From Felis catus (taxonomy: Eukaryota): a stretch of DNA of 64,000 bases. Positions within the stretch are counted from its first letter, which is position 1; each line of letters starts with the position of its first letter. A model generated the notes under the pieces. The model was not told the origin of the DNA. It ran no database searches and worked only from the letters and a program-made list of their open reading frames with translations. Positions 12,872 through 27,200 of this stretch are shown in pieces. The position numbers and the translations under genes are program-made. Location of the stretch: contig NC_058368.1 of NCBI RefSeq assembly GCF_018350175.1, positions 62,560,001 to 62,624,000 on the forward strand, given 5' to 3'.

Positions 12872-13290
12872 TTCACCTCCCAAGCCTTGGATGAACCAGA
12901 CAATATATTTACTAATGTCTAAGCCTCTATCTTCTCCTACATCTTGAGCTACTTCTCCATGAATTCAAAATAAACATCTACTATTACCACTCGCCAGCTC
13001 TGCCTATACACTTTGTCACCACATTTTAGGCGTAGTGCTTGAATAGCTCTATTCTTCAAATTGACATATCATACGATCTCTTGGTGAGTGAATCAAGCCA
13101 CAATATTTCCTCTTTGATGATTGGCACAGGAAAGCCATGTGTCCATAAGTGAGATGAGAAAGAGGCATCATTTCAACAGATAGATGCTACAGGAACTTGG
13201 GTCACTAATTTATTTTTGACTTCTGGATTTTTGGAGGCTTTATTCTGGATGTATCTTTCCATTATACAATAGATTATTGTTGTTCTCACT

Positions 13291-13655
13291 CACTATGGAC
13301 CACATATTTGTGATCCCCCTCCCCCAAATTCATATGTTGGTTGATAGTTTAACCTCCAATAGGACAGTAAATGAACTTGGGACCTCTGGGAAGTAATTAA
13401 ATCATGAGAATACAACTCTTGTGATGAGATTACTGTCTTTATAAGATGAGGAAGAAAGCTAGTCTTTTCTCTCTGTGAGGATACAATAACAAGGTAGCCA
13501 TATGTACATCAGGAAGAAAGCTCTCACCAGAACCTGACCATGCTGGTACCCTGATCTTGGACTTGTAACCTCCAGTACTGTGAGAAATAAGTGTTTGTTG
13601 TTTAATCCATCCAGTCCATGGTAATTTGCTATAGCAGACTGGGCTAACAAAGATA
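13291..13655 (+). mobile_element. MaLR solo LTR (MLT1A-like)
   Basis: cccccaaattcatatgttg; ctcaccagaacctgaccatgctggtaccctgatcttggact; ctgtgagaaataagtgtttgttgtttaa. Confidence 0.85.
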
Positions 13656-13818
13656 CCACTAAACTTAATAACTCAATCGATCTGTGAAAACCCAGTTCAT
13701 GGTGTACAACTCCAATCATCACTTGATTCATAGACTCTACTAGATGGTAGTAGCTGTTTTAAAGAGTGATTGATTCTTTGCATAGAAAGAATAGTTTTGC
13801 TACAGAATTCTAGGGGTC

Positions 13819-13915
13819 TGCATTAGTCAGAGTTCACCAGAGTAAACAAAGGTATAGGCATAGGTATAGATACACAGATATTTGAAAGAGATTTACTATG
13901 CAGGATTTACACACA
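13819..13915. mobile_element. MLT2-like LTR fragment
   Basis: tgcattagtcagagttcaccagag...gaaagagatttactat. Confidence 0.55.
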
Positions 13916-14319
13916 AAATAGCCAACACAGGGTTTTCCTGTCACTTCTTTACTGGGTCCTGGAAGAAACTCCATTTAACATTTCCATCTTCCTTAGACAC
14001 TTCTTGGTACCTTGGGCATAAAAAGCCCAAGTATTAGAGCAGATTTCAGAGCAGCCTGGACCTCCTCCAGTAACCTCTCTCCATTGACTCCTAACAAAAT
14101 GGTTCAAATCCAAGCTCTACTTCTTATTAATCACGATATATTCAGAAAATTATGTTCCACCATGGCTATGTTTTCTGAAATATAAATATTTTAAAGAAGC
14201 ATACTCCACTTTCTAAAGTTATTCAGAAGAAATTTCTATAACTTGTTATCTTAAGTGTTGTTTTACTATTAACATGATCTATAACGACAATTTAAACAGT
14301 GAAAAAAACTTTTTAGACT

Positions 14320-16462
14320 ACCTAATTGGTGTCTAATTACTAAATCCAATTGATAGTTTTCAGTATGTATTTGTTTTACTTGACCTCTCAATTAATTCTT
14401 ACTTTTTCTTAATATTGTCCTTCCTCCATTTTTAAGGCTCTCTCCTCTTATGTGACCAAAAGCATGTTTGCTTTCTGGTTTTCCTTTTTCTCACCAACAT
14501 GACTTATAGGGTAATGGCAAGGCTTTAGTTTCTATTTTTAACATTTTTGGTAGCTCTTTTTTTCACATTTACAAAAAAAAAAAGATATTTCTGATGTTTC
14601 TGTTTGTGGCTTTTTTCATATTTCATCTACATTCTCCCATCTTGAATCTAATTTATGCCTAGTATTTTATTTCTCACCTGTATGTTGATGACTCCCAAAT
14701 TTATATCTCTTCCAAATGTCTCCTCCAGCAGAACATTCACATATGTGGTTCAGAATCTTTACATCTCCCTCTCACATTCCTCTCACAACCCACTATTACC
14801 AAATTTAATCATTTACACCACTTTTTCCCTGTATATAAGAAGGCATGTATTACTTTATTTTCCTAAATCAAATAATATCTATTATCCATGGTGTAAAATA
14901 TTAAATCTCAGTCCTTCTGAGGACTCTCTCTCTAGGGCCCTGAGAAAGTTTAGAGAAAATGAACTTTTCAGAACACTTTTAGTAAGTTCTATGGTGTGCC
15001 CTACAGACATGTTTATCATCTGAGGCCTCAGGTTTCTATGCAAATAGTTGTGTTGGCTGTTTCTGAGCTATAAGTGGAGGCAAGGAGCTTTCAAAAATTT
15101 AGCAGTAAACAGTCTAATCAGCCTTCCTTGGGCAAAGTCGGCCTCCATTCCTCTCCAAGACCCAGGCCATTTCATGTAATTTTTGTCTCGTGCTTAAAGA
15201 CTAAATCTACAAAATTCAAAATCATAGTCTCCTCATTTTGACTGTTGAGGACCCTCCGTCCATCCTTGTCAGCAGTTTCTACTTTGTTCTGCCAACATTT
15301 TCTTTCACACCATCCAACTGTGTGCAATTCTGCATGTTCTCCCCACCACAACCTTCTGGAGTGAAAGTAGAAAAATCAGAAGTGATAGATCATCTTTTTT
15401 TGTTTTCTTTACAACTCACCTTCTTTCATCAGTATATGAAACTGCTATTAATTCAATCAACTGACTGTGAGACATAAGAATCATTCACGTTTCTTCTCTC
15501 TCAGTTTGTAATCACTTCTTCATGCTTCTATCTGTAGTTCTCTCTCAAACTCATCACTTACTCATTGGCTTTACTGCCATTACCTTAGCAGAAACCCCTA
15601 TCCTTTGTCCCTTACTAGTCTCTCTACCTCCAACCTCAACCCCCTTCAAACAATAGTCTAATATCTTAACAAAGCGATATTTCTAAAAGCAAATCTCATC
15701 TTACAACCCTCACCTATTTAAATCCCTTACTAGATCTTATAAGAAAAGTTTGTTTTCAACTTTTTCTTTGCCTGGCATTTGAGCAATAACCTAGTTAGTG
15801 ATAGCTGCTATGTACAGGTTTTATAACCCTTATCTCTTTTGGCCTACAATACCCTGGGACATACATTACCCTATTCCAAGATGAGGAAGCTGAACTTGAC
15901 AGTTGGCATGAGTCACCTCCTTTGTTAATGATGGACTGAAGATTTCTACCCAGTCTCTCTTAGTCGTTTATCATTCATGTATGAATCTTCCATATTTCTT
16001 CATATCCTTGCCAATGCCTGCCCAAGCACCTATATTCTAGTTAAAACAAAGTACCTAGGTTCTCCCTCCCAAAAGCCTGTCATGACTTCATTCCTTTGAA
16101 TATACACTTCACTCTACTTGCAAAAGCAATTGATTCTTTTTCTTGAGCAATTCAACTTGTACTTAGGGCGGCAAAAATATCACTATCTCTAGGAAACCAT
16201 CAGCGAGGGTCAGTGTGTGTCAGATGCATCTCTTTTAAGCACCTAAAAAAATCCATGAATATCACCACCATAAAATTTATCCCTCCACACTTTGTCATTG
16301 TTTTTCTTCTTGAATATTTTCTGTAGTAGAAAGTGAGCTCCTTGGGAATGAGAACTGTCTCTTTCATATTTATACAGCACAGAAGGATGACAAATGGTGC
16401 TAGGCATCTGGATACAAATAAAGATGCATTTACTAAGTGAACAAATAAATGAATGAATAAAT
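14320..16462 (+). mobile_element. Fragmented L2 with interruptions, ending in its 3' terminus
   Basis: tatgttgatgactcccaaatttatatctc (14681); gtgagctccttggg..., tail aaataaatgaatgaat. Confidence 0.6.
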
Positions 16463-16872
16463 ATATTTTAATGCTGTTGAGCTCTTATTCCTGATTTACC
16501 AGGTGAATCAGTGATGACATCCATTATGTACCAGGGATATGTGTTTGGATCACGAAGATTTTTTTCTAAAGGTCTCACTACTTCTGACTTAAGTGTTTAC
16601 ACTTATGTTAAGGATTCTGTATAGACTATAAAGCTGCAGAGATGCAGTTTGTTTATATATTTTTATCTCTGGAGTCTCATCTCTCCACTGCCCATCTCAC
16701 CCTCTTTAAATTCTTCCTATTTCATAAGAATTATTAATGCCCTAATATTTTAGTATTATTTAATCTTTCTACTAAAAAATTATTAATCTTCTTTGATATG
16801 CTGATGAATGTGATATTTTTAAAAGTTTTCTCACTCAAGGCAATATTAATTATGTTGACAACATAGCTCCCC

Positions 16873-17488
16873 ATAGTAAGGAGACCTCTAAGATGGCCCT
16901 TACATTTCCTTTCACCTAGTAGACACACTCAGTACAACTCCCTCTGCTTGAGTGTGGGCAGGACCTCTAAATATAATGAGATAATCATCCCTGAAATATA
17001 TTATATTATATTAATTATATTATATTATATTATATTATATTATATTATATTATATTATATTAATTATATAAGACCCTATCCATCATAACAGACTAGAGGA
17101 GATTCTTCTGCTGGATTTGGAGAAGAAAATTTCTATGTTGAAAGAAGAATACATGGCTAGGACCCAAGGGAAACCTCTAGAAGCTGAGAACAACACTGAC
17201 TGACAACCATCAAGAAAACAGGGACATCAGTTATACAACAACAACAAAAAAACTTAATTCTGTCAAAAACTATACGAACTTAGACTTGGATCCTGAACTT
17301 CAAATGAGGTGGCAGTCTCTGCCAACACTCTGAATTCAACTGCTGAGACCCTGACCACCCAGAGTCCCAGCTCACCTATATCTGGACTTCTTATTCTAAA
17401 CTAGGAAATTGTCATATAATAAATGTGTGTTCTAAGCTGCTATATTTGTGGTGATTAATCTGTTATGCCAAATAGAAAATGAATGTAC
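16873..17488 (+). mobile_element. MaLR solo LTR (MLT1E/F-like) with internal (TATAT)n at ~16997-17070
   Basis: ctctaagatggccc; ttgagtgtgggcaggacct; cctctagaagctgagaa; ataaatgtgtgttctaagctgcta. Confidence 0.8.
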
Positions 17489-18226
17489 CGGTCCTCATTC
17501 CTGTCAGTAACCTTACGGTCACTGCTGGTAGAGAACCTCATTTCCACACTTACTGATCGAAAGTGGAACACATTTTAGAGATATCATATTGTCTCTTCCT
17601 TTTCTTAATGATACTAACCTCAAAACTGTCTCTATACTGTTTGTTTTTTAAGCTAGTTTCCATCAGATCTCAGAGTTTTTGCTTCATAATGCTTTCCTCT
17701 GCTCCACTGACTAGATACAATACTGTCTGCTTCTAACAAATTGCCACCATTTATCAGCAATTAATGGCAGCCTAAAATAGAAGAGAAAGAAAGCTCCAAG
17801 GATTAGAGAAGAAAACTTCACTTTTTGACCTTCCAATCTGTGTTTAAAAGGCAAGCTTTGGATTTGTGTGTTCCTGGAGCGTTACTAAATGGAGTTCTAA
17901 ATTTGAATAATATAAATTTATATTTGCATAGTAATTTGAACATTAATCTTCACATTACAATTGTGAGAATCATGGGACATATTATTATCTTCATTTCATC
18001 ATTTATTTGATTCCACCAAGGTTATTTAAAGGGTGATGGTAAAGCTGATCATGGAGTCAACCTCTTACTTATGCATTCTGCTCATCTGCCTGCCCTGCCA
18101 TATAAGCAAATATAAACACCCATTTATAATCTTCTATTTTAAACTTCATATTTTTCATAAAACTCTCATTGATCCTATTGATCCTTTGTCTTTTTTTTAA
18201 ACATCTGTTCTTTTCCCAATTATTTT

Positions 18227-18442
18227 TTTAAAATTTTTTAATGTTTATTTTTGAGTCAGAGAGAGAGAGAAAGAACATGAGTGGGGAAGGGGAAGAGAGA
18301 GAAGGAGACACAGAATCGTAAGCAGGGTCCAGGCTCTGAGCTGTCAGCATAGGGCCGGATGCAGGGCTTGAGCTCATGAATTGTGAGATCATGACCTGAG
18401 CTAAAGTTGGACGCTCAACCGACTGAGCCACCCAGGCACCCC
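18227..18442 (-). mobile_element. Can-SINE
   Basis: TSD ccaattatttt at 18216 and 18444. Confidence 0.93.
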
Positions 18443-18466
18443 TCCAATTATTTTATGGATATTTTC

Positions 18467-18671
18467 TTTTTTTAAATAATTTTTAAGTTTATTTATTTGG
18501 AGAGAGAGAGAGAGAATGGCAGGGGAGGAGCCAAAAGAGAGGGAGAGAGAGAGAATCCTAAGCAGCTCTGCACTATCAGCGAGGTTCAAACTCACAAACT
18601 GGTGAGATCATGACCTGAGCATCCGAAATCAAGAGTTGGACGCTTAACCAACTAAGCTACCCACGTGTCCG
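18467..18671 (-). mobile_element. Can-SINE
   Basis: TSD tggatattttc at 18456 and 18672. Confidence 0.9.
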
Positions 18672-19041
18672 TGGATATTTTCAAACATATAACTGAGTTG
18701 AAAGAATTTTACCATGCCTACTGAGATCTCACCATTAACATTTCACTGTTCATTACATATATATATCCATCCTTCTATCCATCCACCTATCATTCCATCT
18801 TATTTCCGATCTATTACAAATTGAATGTCAGATATCATTACAGTTGGTCATAAATAGTCTGCATATCATCAAAGTGCATCAGCTAAAATATGTTTTCTTT
18901 TGATATAAGTTTTACATATAATTGAAAGCATAGATCCTAGGTATACAATGCCTCCGTTTTGACAAAAGCATGCACCCGTTTAAGATACTCAGAACACACT
19001 GGCAACTTGTTTTGGGTTTATGTAAAGATTAGGATCTTTTG

Positions 19042-19389
19042 TGTAACCCCTACATCAATATGCCCCTAGCCTAAAGTTCTTGCTGAAACCAAAACTTGTT
19101 TAAATTGTCAGTTTTCCTTGTTAAACCTGAACCTGAAGAATACGCTTCCCCAGCCTTGCTTACCCTTAGGCCATTTACTTTTGAGAACTGCCTTGCCTGG
19201 CACACCATATCCTTGTTTCCTCGTACCTTTTACTCAAGATCAAACTGCCTCCGTGAGTCATGTAAAACTTTTGCTTATGGCCAGAAGGCAAGGGAGTATT
19301 GTTTTCATAATGACCCTCCTACTAGCAGTGAAAAAAGACTTTTTCTTTGTGGTTCCACAAAAGGCTCTGGGGGGCTTCCTTCTAGGACA
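19042..19389. mobile_element. Solo LTR-like element (348 bp), family not recognised
   Basis: Starts TGTAAC, ends GGACA; perfect 5-bp TSD ttttg at 19037-19041 and 19390-19394. Confidence 0.65.
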
Positions 19390-20175
19390 TTTTGACAAGT
19401 GGATGTTAAATTCTTTACTTTATGCCAAAAAATAGTACTAAATTATTACACATTTAATGGAAATTCCATTTCCAATTTAACAAACATATATAGATGACTG
19501 ACTGACAAACAGACAGAGCCTTATTTTTTTCTATTTTCTTATTAATTTCTCCTGTTTAATTTTTATAAACACTTGCAAGTAGGAAAGAATACAGAAAGAG
19601 CACCGCACAATTCCTAAAGCAGTAGGGGCTTGCTGCAAACTGAACTTCATCTTGATACAAACCATCTATCAGAAACTGAAATAATCTTCAAATAGATATT
19701 TGAAGGTAAAAAGAGATTGCAAATGGGTAGTAAAAATATGTGTGAACGTATGTATGTGAATCCTCATTCTTTTTCAGCACCTAGATCAACAACATCCAGT
19801 TCACAAAATAAGATTCTAATTACTTAAACTAGTAAGAGATTTATTAGAAAGAGTTTGGTGCTTATGTAAGTTATAAAATTTGAAAGACCAGATCCTTGGC
19901 TGAGGCTCAAAGATATTACTCAAAATATAAATAACTAGCTCTAGTCTACTCTTGGTGATGTATTGGAAGCAAGAAGTCACCACAGCCCCCAGTGGTGTCA
20001 AAGCAACTACTTGTTGCCATCCAGGAATCTGAAGAATGTACACTATAGCTCCAATGCAAGGATTAAAAGCCTGTAGCAAACAAGTTGTCACTGTAACTAC
20101 TTCTGCCATTGCTGCTATCACTTTTGCACACTTAAGAAAAACAGAAAATTTTCACGTTCTTTCAAGCTCATACAA

Positions 20176-20177
<2 letters not shown>

Positions 20178-20212
<35 letters not shown>
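20178..20212. repeat. (AAC)n microsatellite
   Basis: Seen directly. Confidence 0.9.
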
Positions 20213-22132
20213 CCCAGGGTAGATAGCAGGCAACTTCTGTGGAAAGCCATCTAACTGTGAAAACAGATCACATTTAGAACTAAAAATGGATGTCAAGAAT
20301 GGATTGAGTGATCCAATCTATACTGATGTTGTGACCTACTTAAGACTAACAGTTTGTTGTGTATTTAAGATTGTATACAGAAATATTCCATTTTTTACCT
20401 AAGAAAAAAGTATCCTTCACAAATCAATTTTCTTATTTGAACAGGTGATTTTCACATAACTTAAATGAACTTGAAATTAAATTGGAGAAGTGGATGGCAA
20501 AGCAATTGATATGGAATTAAAATGACTGCCCCTTTTGAAGTGAAAAATATATAAATTAAAATATATTTCCAACGAATTGGTGTAACAAGAACTTAACTAG
20601 TGCATAAATGCAAAACATAGTTTCCAATAATTAATTTAAAAAATAAAATAAAATGCATGAAACAACTGAACAAAAATGACCATACTTTTCCCCAGGAGTT
20701 TCAGTTACATTCTTTAAAATCAAGTCTTAAGGGATGCTCCATGCTTATCCTTCCTTTTTATAGTTAGCTGATGCCATTTGGCAGAAACGGAGAACAAAGG
20801 GGTTAACCCAATTTCAAGTTTGTCTTTGATGCACTCATAAATCTCCTCCTGTGAGAAATGAAAATGAATTGCCGTAAGTGGTTAAAGAGTGGAAATAGAT
20901 CAGAGCACTCAATAGCTGGCCTTGGTAAGAGGATGGTTTAGCTTCTTTCTTCTTTAGAACAATGTGTCTTGGTTATTGTCAGTATCCTTTTGAAATAAAA
21001 TGACTAGACTGATGGCTGAAGCAAATTTATCTTTCAACAAGTACAGTTTTCTCCAAGGAAAACTACTAATGGGAGATTATATGTTAATCACAATGTCATG
21101 AAGGCTTTACGTTTACTTGAGAGGGTTCTTGTAATTTAGTGCTTTCTGTTTCATGTGCTTCTTTATTTAATATTAACAAGCTAGAAAAGGCAACAAAATT
21201 GTCAAATTTAATTAATTATGCAAAGTTATAATTGGGAAAAACCCAAGAACATTTCACAGTAGAAAGAAAAACTTCTGTTTTACATTAAGAGTCATAAATT
21301 CTGGATGTATCATACAAATGGCTTCCTATTAAGTATGACTGAAAGTGTACACAATACCCAAAGAGTCCCCAAAGACTATTTAACACGACCTTTTTCAAAA
21401 TACAACCTCTCTTTATCTCCAGAGAGGTGTAGACGGGCAGGTCATTATCCAGCAGACATATTTTGGTGCAAATTCCATGATGGAGGTTATGGCGCACTAT
21501 TGCCCTGTAGGTCACTATCCCACTGCCTCATTTTTCACATTCACACCCACGGCAAATGGCACCAAAGACATGCAGTAATTGGAACGATAACAGTACCATC
21601 AACATTGATTCATTCAAAAGCCTGAACTGAAGAATTTTAAGGGCACCAAAAGCAGGATAGTTACTGACTTCCCCATATCCCTTCAAAAATTATAGTGCAA
21701 CCAAAACCCACAAGTAAACACTACAACTAAGTTAGAGAACAAAGTATCCCCATGAACTCTGAAGCATAAACAAATGATGAAAAACCATTGGCAGTCACAA
21801 TACCCCTATGGCAATGGTACCTGTTTAGGAGGAAACAAAGGTAAGGCAACTGGGCTTGAAAACAGGATCTTAACTTCTATGAATCAAAACACTTAAAATA
21901 TGTCTAGATCGAAAGTTCTTAAGTAACTTTAAAATGTTAACCCTTATACTCTAGTTTCTATTCAGATCACATAAAGCTTTCACTTTTTAAAATGTTCAAC
22001 CTTGGAGAAATCTAGGGAACCTTGTTATTTTAAAAGGTAAAAAGTATATGTCAAAAAATCTACCATATATTCTGTCTTCTCTTCATGAATTGTACTTCAT
22101 GGAACCAGACGATGTGAGCTATTTCAATTCTT

Positions 22133-22353
22133 TTTTTTTTCATTTTTTAACGTTTATTTATTACTGAGAGACAAAGAGAGATAGAGTATGAGCATGGGAG
22201 GGGCAGAAAGAGGGGGAGATGCAGAATCTGAAGCAGGCTCCAGGCTCTGAGCTGTCAGCACAGAGCCCGACGTGGGGCTCGAACCCACAAACTGTTAGAT
22301 CATGACCTGAGCCGAAGTCAGAAACTGAACCGACTGAGCCACTCAGGCGCCCC
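22133..22353 (-). mobile_element. Can-SINE
   Basis: TSD ctattt(t)caattctt. Confidence 0.93.
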
Positions 22354-23467
22354 ACTATTTCAATTCTTAAAAGTAGTGCAGCTAACAAAAGAATAAAGCA
22401 TGACAGAATTACACTATTTTGCAACCACAATGAAGAATGAATCCATACAATAAGTATTACTGTTTTAAAATATTACAGAAGAAAAATAACATTATTATTT
22501 GCTTTTTAAAACATAAAATATCACCTACAAAGTATTCTTGACTCTTACTCACCCCAGAAGATCATATCTTCCCTTCATCAAAACTCTATAACTATTTACA
22601 GAGCATACAAGGAACAGAAGAAATACTTTATGCCACTTACATAGATGCTATCAGAAATATCAAGATTATGAGTATTTATAGGATAAATGACCTAGAAAAC
22701 TTTCTGTAAAACTTCCATCTACAGATACAAGAAGCTAAGGATACCCCCAGCAGGATAAATACAAAGAAAATCTAAACTATGCATACCACAATCATACTGT
22801 CAAATCCCATGACAAAATTTCAAGAACAATCAGACAGGTTACAAACATGTTACACACAAAGCAAAACAATCATGGGAATGATGGCTTACTTCTTATGACC
22901 TTGGATGCCAGATGCAAACAAAGGATACTTTGTAAAAGTGTATAAGTGAAGTTGTGCAGGGGGAGGAGAAGATAGTTAACTCAGAATACTACATACGGTG
23001 AATCAATCTTTCAAAAATAAGGGCAAAATAAAGACTTTGTATGATAAGAAAATCTAACTGAACTCATTGCCAATAGATCTGCACTATCAGAAATGCTGAA
23101 TAAAGTTTTTCAAGTTTAAGAGAAAAATATACCAGATGGAAACTGACATCTATAGGAAAATGAAGAATTTCACAAATTGTAAAGATATGTGTATGTTGTC
23201 CTTTTCTTCAATTCATGAAAGGCAACCGAATCATTTAAAGAGTTTTACTGTGGGGTACATTATATGTTTAGAAGTGAAATATGTGACCATAATAGTGTCA
23301 AATATAGTAAGGGGTACATAAGAAATTTACTGCAATAAAGTTCTAGATTTTACCTGATGTATTATAATATTAACTCTCAGTACATTGTGACAAATTAAAG
23401 AAATATGTTTTATTCTCTAGTTCAGCCACTAAAAATATATGAAAAGTCATTCTAAACAGCAAATTGT

Positions 23468-23819
23468 GGGGCCCCTGAGTGGCTCAATCAGTTGGACATC
23501 TGACTCTTGATTTTAGCTCAGGTCATGATCTCACTGTTTGTGGGATCATGCCCCATGACCTGCTCACACTCTCTCTCTCTGAAATGAAATAAACTGAAAT
23601 GAAATGAAATGAAATGAAATGAAATGAAATGAAATGAAATGAAATGAAATGAAATGAAATAGAGGCGCCTGGGTGGCTCAGTTGGTTAAATGTCTAACTT
23701 AAGCTCAGGTCATGATCTTGTGGTTCACGTGTTTGAGCCCTATGAGAGACTCTAAACTCAGAGCTTGGAGACTGCTTCAGATTCTGTGTCTCCCTCTCTC
23801 TGTCCCTTTCCTGCTCACA

Positions 23820-23861
<42 letters not shown>

Positions 23862-23910
23862 AAATAAACATTAACAAATCTTAATAAAATTAAATGAAAT
23901 AAAATAAAAT
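23468..23910 (+). mobile_element. Internally deleted Can-SINE with (GAAAT)n tail, containing a second SINE at 23662-23891
   Basis: Outer TSD gcaaattg (23459, 23911); inner TSD aaatgaaata (23652, 23892). Confidence 0.85.
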
Positions 23911-25914
23911 GCAAATTGCAAAAATAATATGGAATGCTCAAACATCTAAAAAAGGCATAAAAGTGGGACAAAGGAACAAAAAGAAGATGTAGAAAGAGGA
24001 AATAAATAGAAATAATTTTATTAAACACAAAGAACTACTCACTCCAATTTAAAGTAAGACATACAAGATTTGCCTATTACCTACACAGATAGATTAAATG
24101 TAAAAAGAGGGCAAAAAAAAAAAAAACATACAAAGTGTAAGCACAAGAAGTTAGTGGCTTTACTAATATCATCAGAAGAGACATATGGACTTTAAGACAA
24201 AGCCATGAGATAAAGAGATAATGTCATTTATTAAAGAAGTGATTTTTTGTTGTTGTTTAGAAAACCAATGCAAAATAATAGTTATACAACATATGGGGAA
24301 GGTAACAGAACGAAGGAAACACAGCAGTCTACAATCATATTCAGTAACTGATAAAACAATCCCATACACACAAAATCTCAGATGTATCCATGCTTTTGAA
24401 CAACATTGTCAACGTGAACTAATTTAAATTTACAAGACAGTACCCCCACTGCAGCAGGATAGACATTCTTTTCCAGTGCACATACAGCATTCACTAAACT
24501 ATACTAAAACTGGGTCCACAAAACTAGATTCAAATTTCAAAAAAAATTGAAATCTTACAAACAATTGTTCTTTTCTCACAATGAGATTAAATTAAATAAT
24601 AAAAAACTTTAAAAAGCATCAAACATAAATTAAACAAAACACATATAAGTAATCTATTTATTAAAGAAGAAACACAAGACAATTAGGAACTACTTTATAA
24701 GAAAAAGAAAACTGCACTTATCAAAATGTGTGAGATGCACTGAAGAAGCACTTAGAAGCAAATTTATCATTCAAATAGGTATATTAGAAAAAAGAAAGGT
24801 ATAATATCAATGAACTAACATCCATATTAAGAAAATTTAAAAAATTATTTGACCAATATATATATTTAAAGAAAAATCATTTGAAAAAAGTTCCACACCC
24901 AATCATGATAGAATTACTCAGCCAAAAATAATTGAAGAACATTTTCTCAACCTGAATAAAGGCACTTGTGAAAAATTTACAGCTACTACCATACTTAACA
25001 ATGAAACATTCTCCCTCTGACACAGGAGAAAAGGCAAAGATACCTTCTCTGAGGGCTCCCATTCAACATTGTTCTTGTTTAGCACCAGAAAGTAAGAAAA
25101 ATAAATAAAAGGTATAATGACTGAAAAGGAGAAAAACAAGTCTTTTCCTAGAGAAGGCATGCAATAGTATGTATAAAATTATATGAAATGTATAAAAATC
25201 TGTAGAGTTAAGAAATAAATTCAGACAGATTATAAGATAGAAGGTCTGTAAAGAAAAATCTATTGCATTTTTCTATATACTAGTGACAACTAAGAGGAAA
25301 ATAAAAATTTAAAAATACCATGTTTACAACTACATAAATACCCAGAAATATTTAGAAATACTTTTTTAAAGGATGTGTAAGACCTCCACATTTAAAAGTT
25401 CAAACATTACTGAGGGAAATTAAGACAAGTGGATAATTACACAAAATATAGACAAGAAGATGTAACATTGTTAAAATGTCAATTCTCTCAAAATCGAGCT
25501 AGAGTCTACGCAATCCCAACCAAAATAACAACATACTTTTGAATAAATTGACAAAGTGTTGATAAAATCTATACAAAAATAAAAAGGACCTAGAATAGCC
25601 AGATATCTTGACAGAAAAAAATACTAAGTCTTTTCCTGATTTTCTGACTTTCCACAAGGCTACAGTAATCAGGGAAGTATATGACTGATATAAAAATAGA
25701 TGCCACAATTAATGGAACAGAATAGAGAGTCCAGAAATTAACCTCACCTATAACATCAATTAAACATGACAGAGTCACCACAGCAATTCAACTGGGAAAT
25801 AGCTTTTCAAAACTTAGTGCTGTAGATAAATACAGAAAAAAAATTAACCCTTGATCCTTACTGCAGAGCATAACAAATACTAGTTTGGAATTTCCATAGC
25901 TCCAATAGTAAACA

Positions 25915-26130
25915 TTTGTTTTTAAATGTTTATTCACTTATTTTGAGAGATAGAGTGCATGAGTGCATGTTTAAGCCTGGGAGGGGCAGAGAGAGAGAGA
26001 GAGGGAGAGAGAGAGAATCCCAAGCAGGCTCCATGCCCAGCATGGGCTCAATCTCATGAACCATGAGATCATGATCTGAAGCCAAACTCAAGAGTCAGAT
26101 GCTTAACTGACTGAGCTGCCCTGGCACCCC
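25915..26130 (-). mobile_element. Can-SINE
   Basis: GA tract; gaatcccaagcaggctcc; ctggcacccc. Confidence 0.88.
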
Positions 26131-26440
26131 TAATGCAAAAATTTTAAATTTTAAATCTTTCAAAAGAAAATATAGTAGAATATCTATCCTATCTTTTGGT
26201 AGTCAGTGAGAATAGAGACTCTTTGGTAGTCTCTAAGAATAGAGACTTAAAAAAGCCCATAAACACAAAAATATATAAACTGGGCATCAACCAAATTTAC
26301 TTTTTTTTTCATCAACTAATACCATTAAAAAAATAAGCAAGCCACAAATTGGGAAAAGACATTTTCATATATCTAGTAGATATAATTCATACAAAGGACT
26401 TGCATCCTAACATGCATCTTAATTCAAAACACAGAACTGC

Positions 26441-26710
26441 ATATATATATAATATACATGTATATTATATATATAATATATATTATATATAATATGCATG
26501 TATATATATACATGTGATATATTATATATAATATAATATATTATATATATAATATACATGTATATTATATATATAATATAACAATATTGTATTATACTAA
26601 GCTATATTATAGTTTTCTATTTTATAATGTTTAATATATTGCATCTATACTTAATTAATATATGTAGTATATATTGTATAGCACATAAAATTGAAATATA
26701 AGATATATAA
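26441..26710. repeat. TA-rich tract with perfect palindromes
   Basis: Palindromes at 26442-26475 and 26537-26580. Confidence 0.9.
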
Positions 26711-27200
26711 CCTTCTATTATGTCAAAAATAAAAAGATAAAAACCCATTTAGATTTGGTCATAATGTGAACGAACTGAATGTTTTTACATTGCTGATGAG
26801 AGTGAAAAATGAAAAATCCACATTGACAGTTCTTTTATAAAGTCAAATTTTATGACCATGTAATTCTAACTATTCACCCAAGAGAAATGAAAGTGTTAAG
26901 TACAGAAGAATAATTTCACATGTATCATATGTTTATAGGAGCTTTATTATAGCAAAACATCAAAAGCACCTCAGATGCCCATAAACATGAGAAGGTCAAA
27001 CACTGAAATATTCATATAATGAAATATTACTCGGCAATAAAAAAAACCTGATATATGAAAAACATAGCTAAAGCTCATAAGCATTTTGTTGAAAGAAACA
27101 CTCTAGTCACAAAAAAAGACATTATTCATTGTATTACATGTATGAATTTCTAGATATGACAAATTCAATGTTTTGGAAAAATCAGAACAATGGGGTGGGA

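Noticed and set aside
21305..21625. 106-aa ORF in unique sequence
   Set aside because: No recognisable motif or flanking splice signals; compatible with chance.
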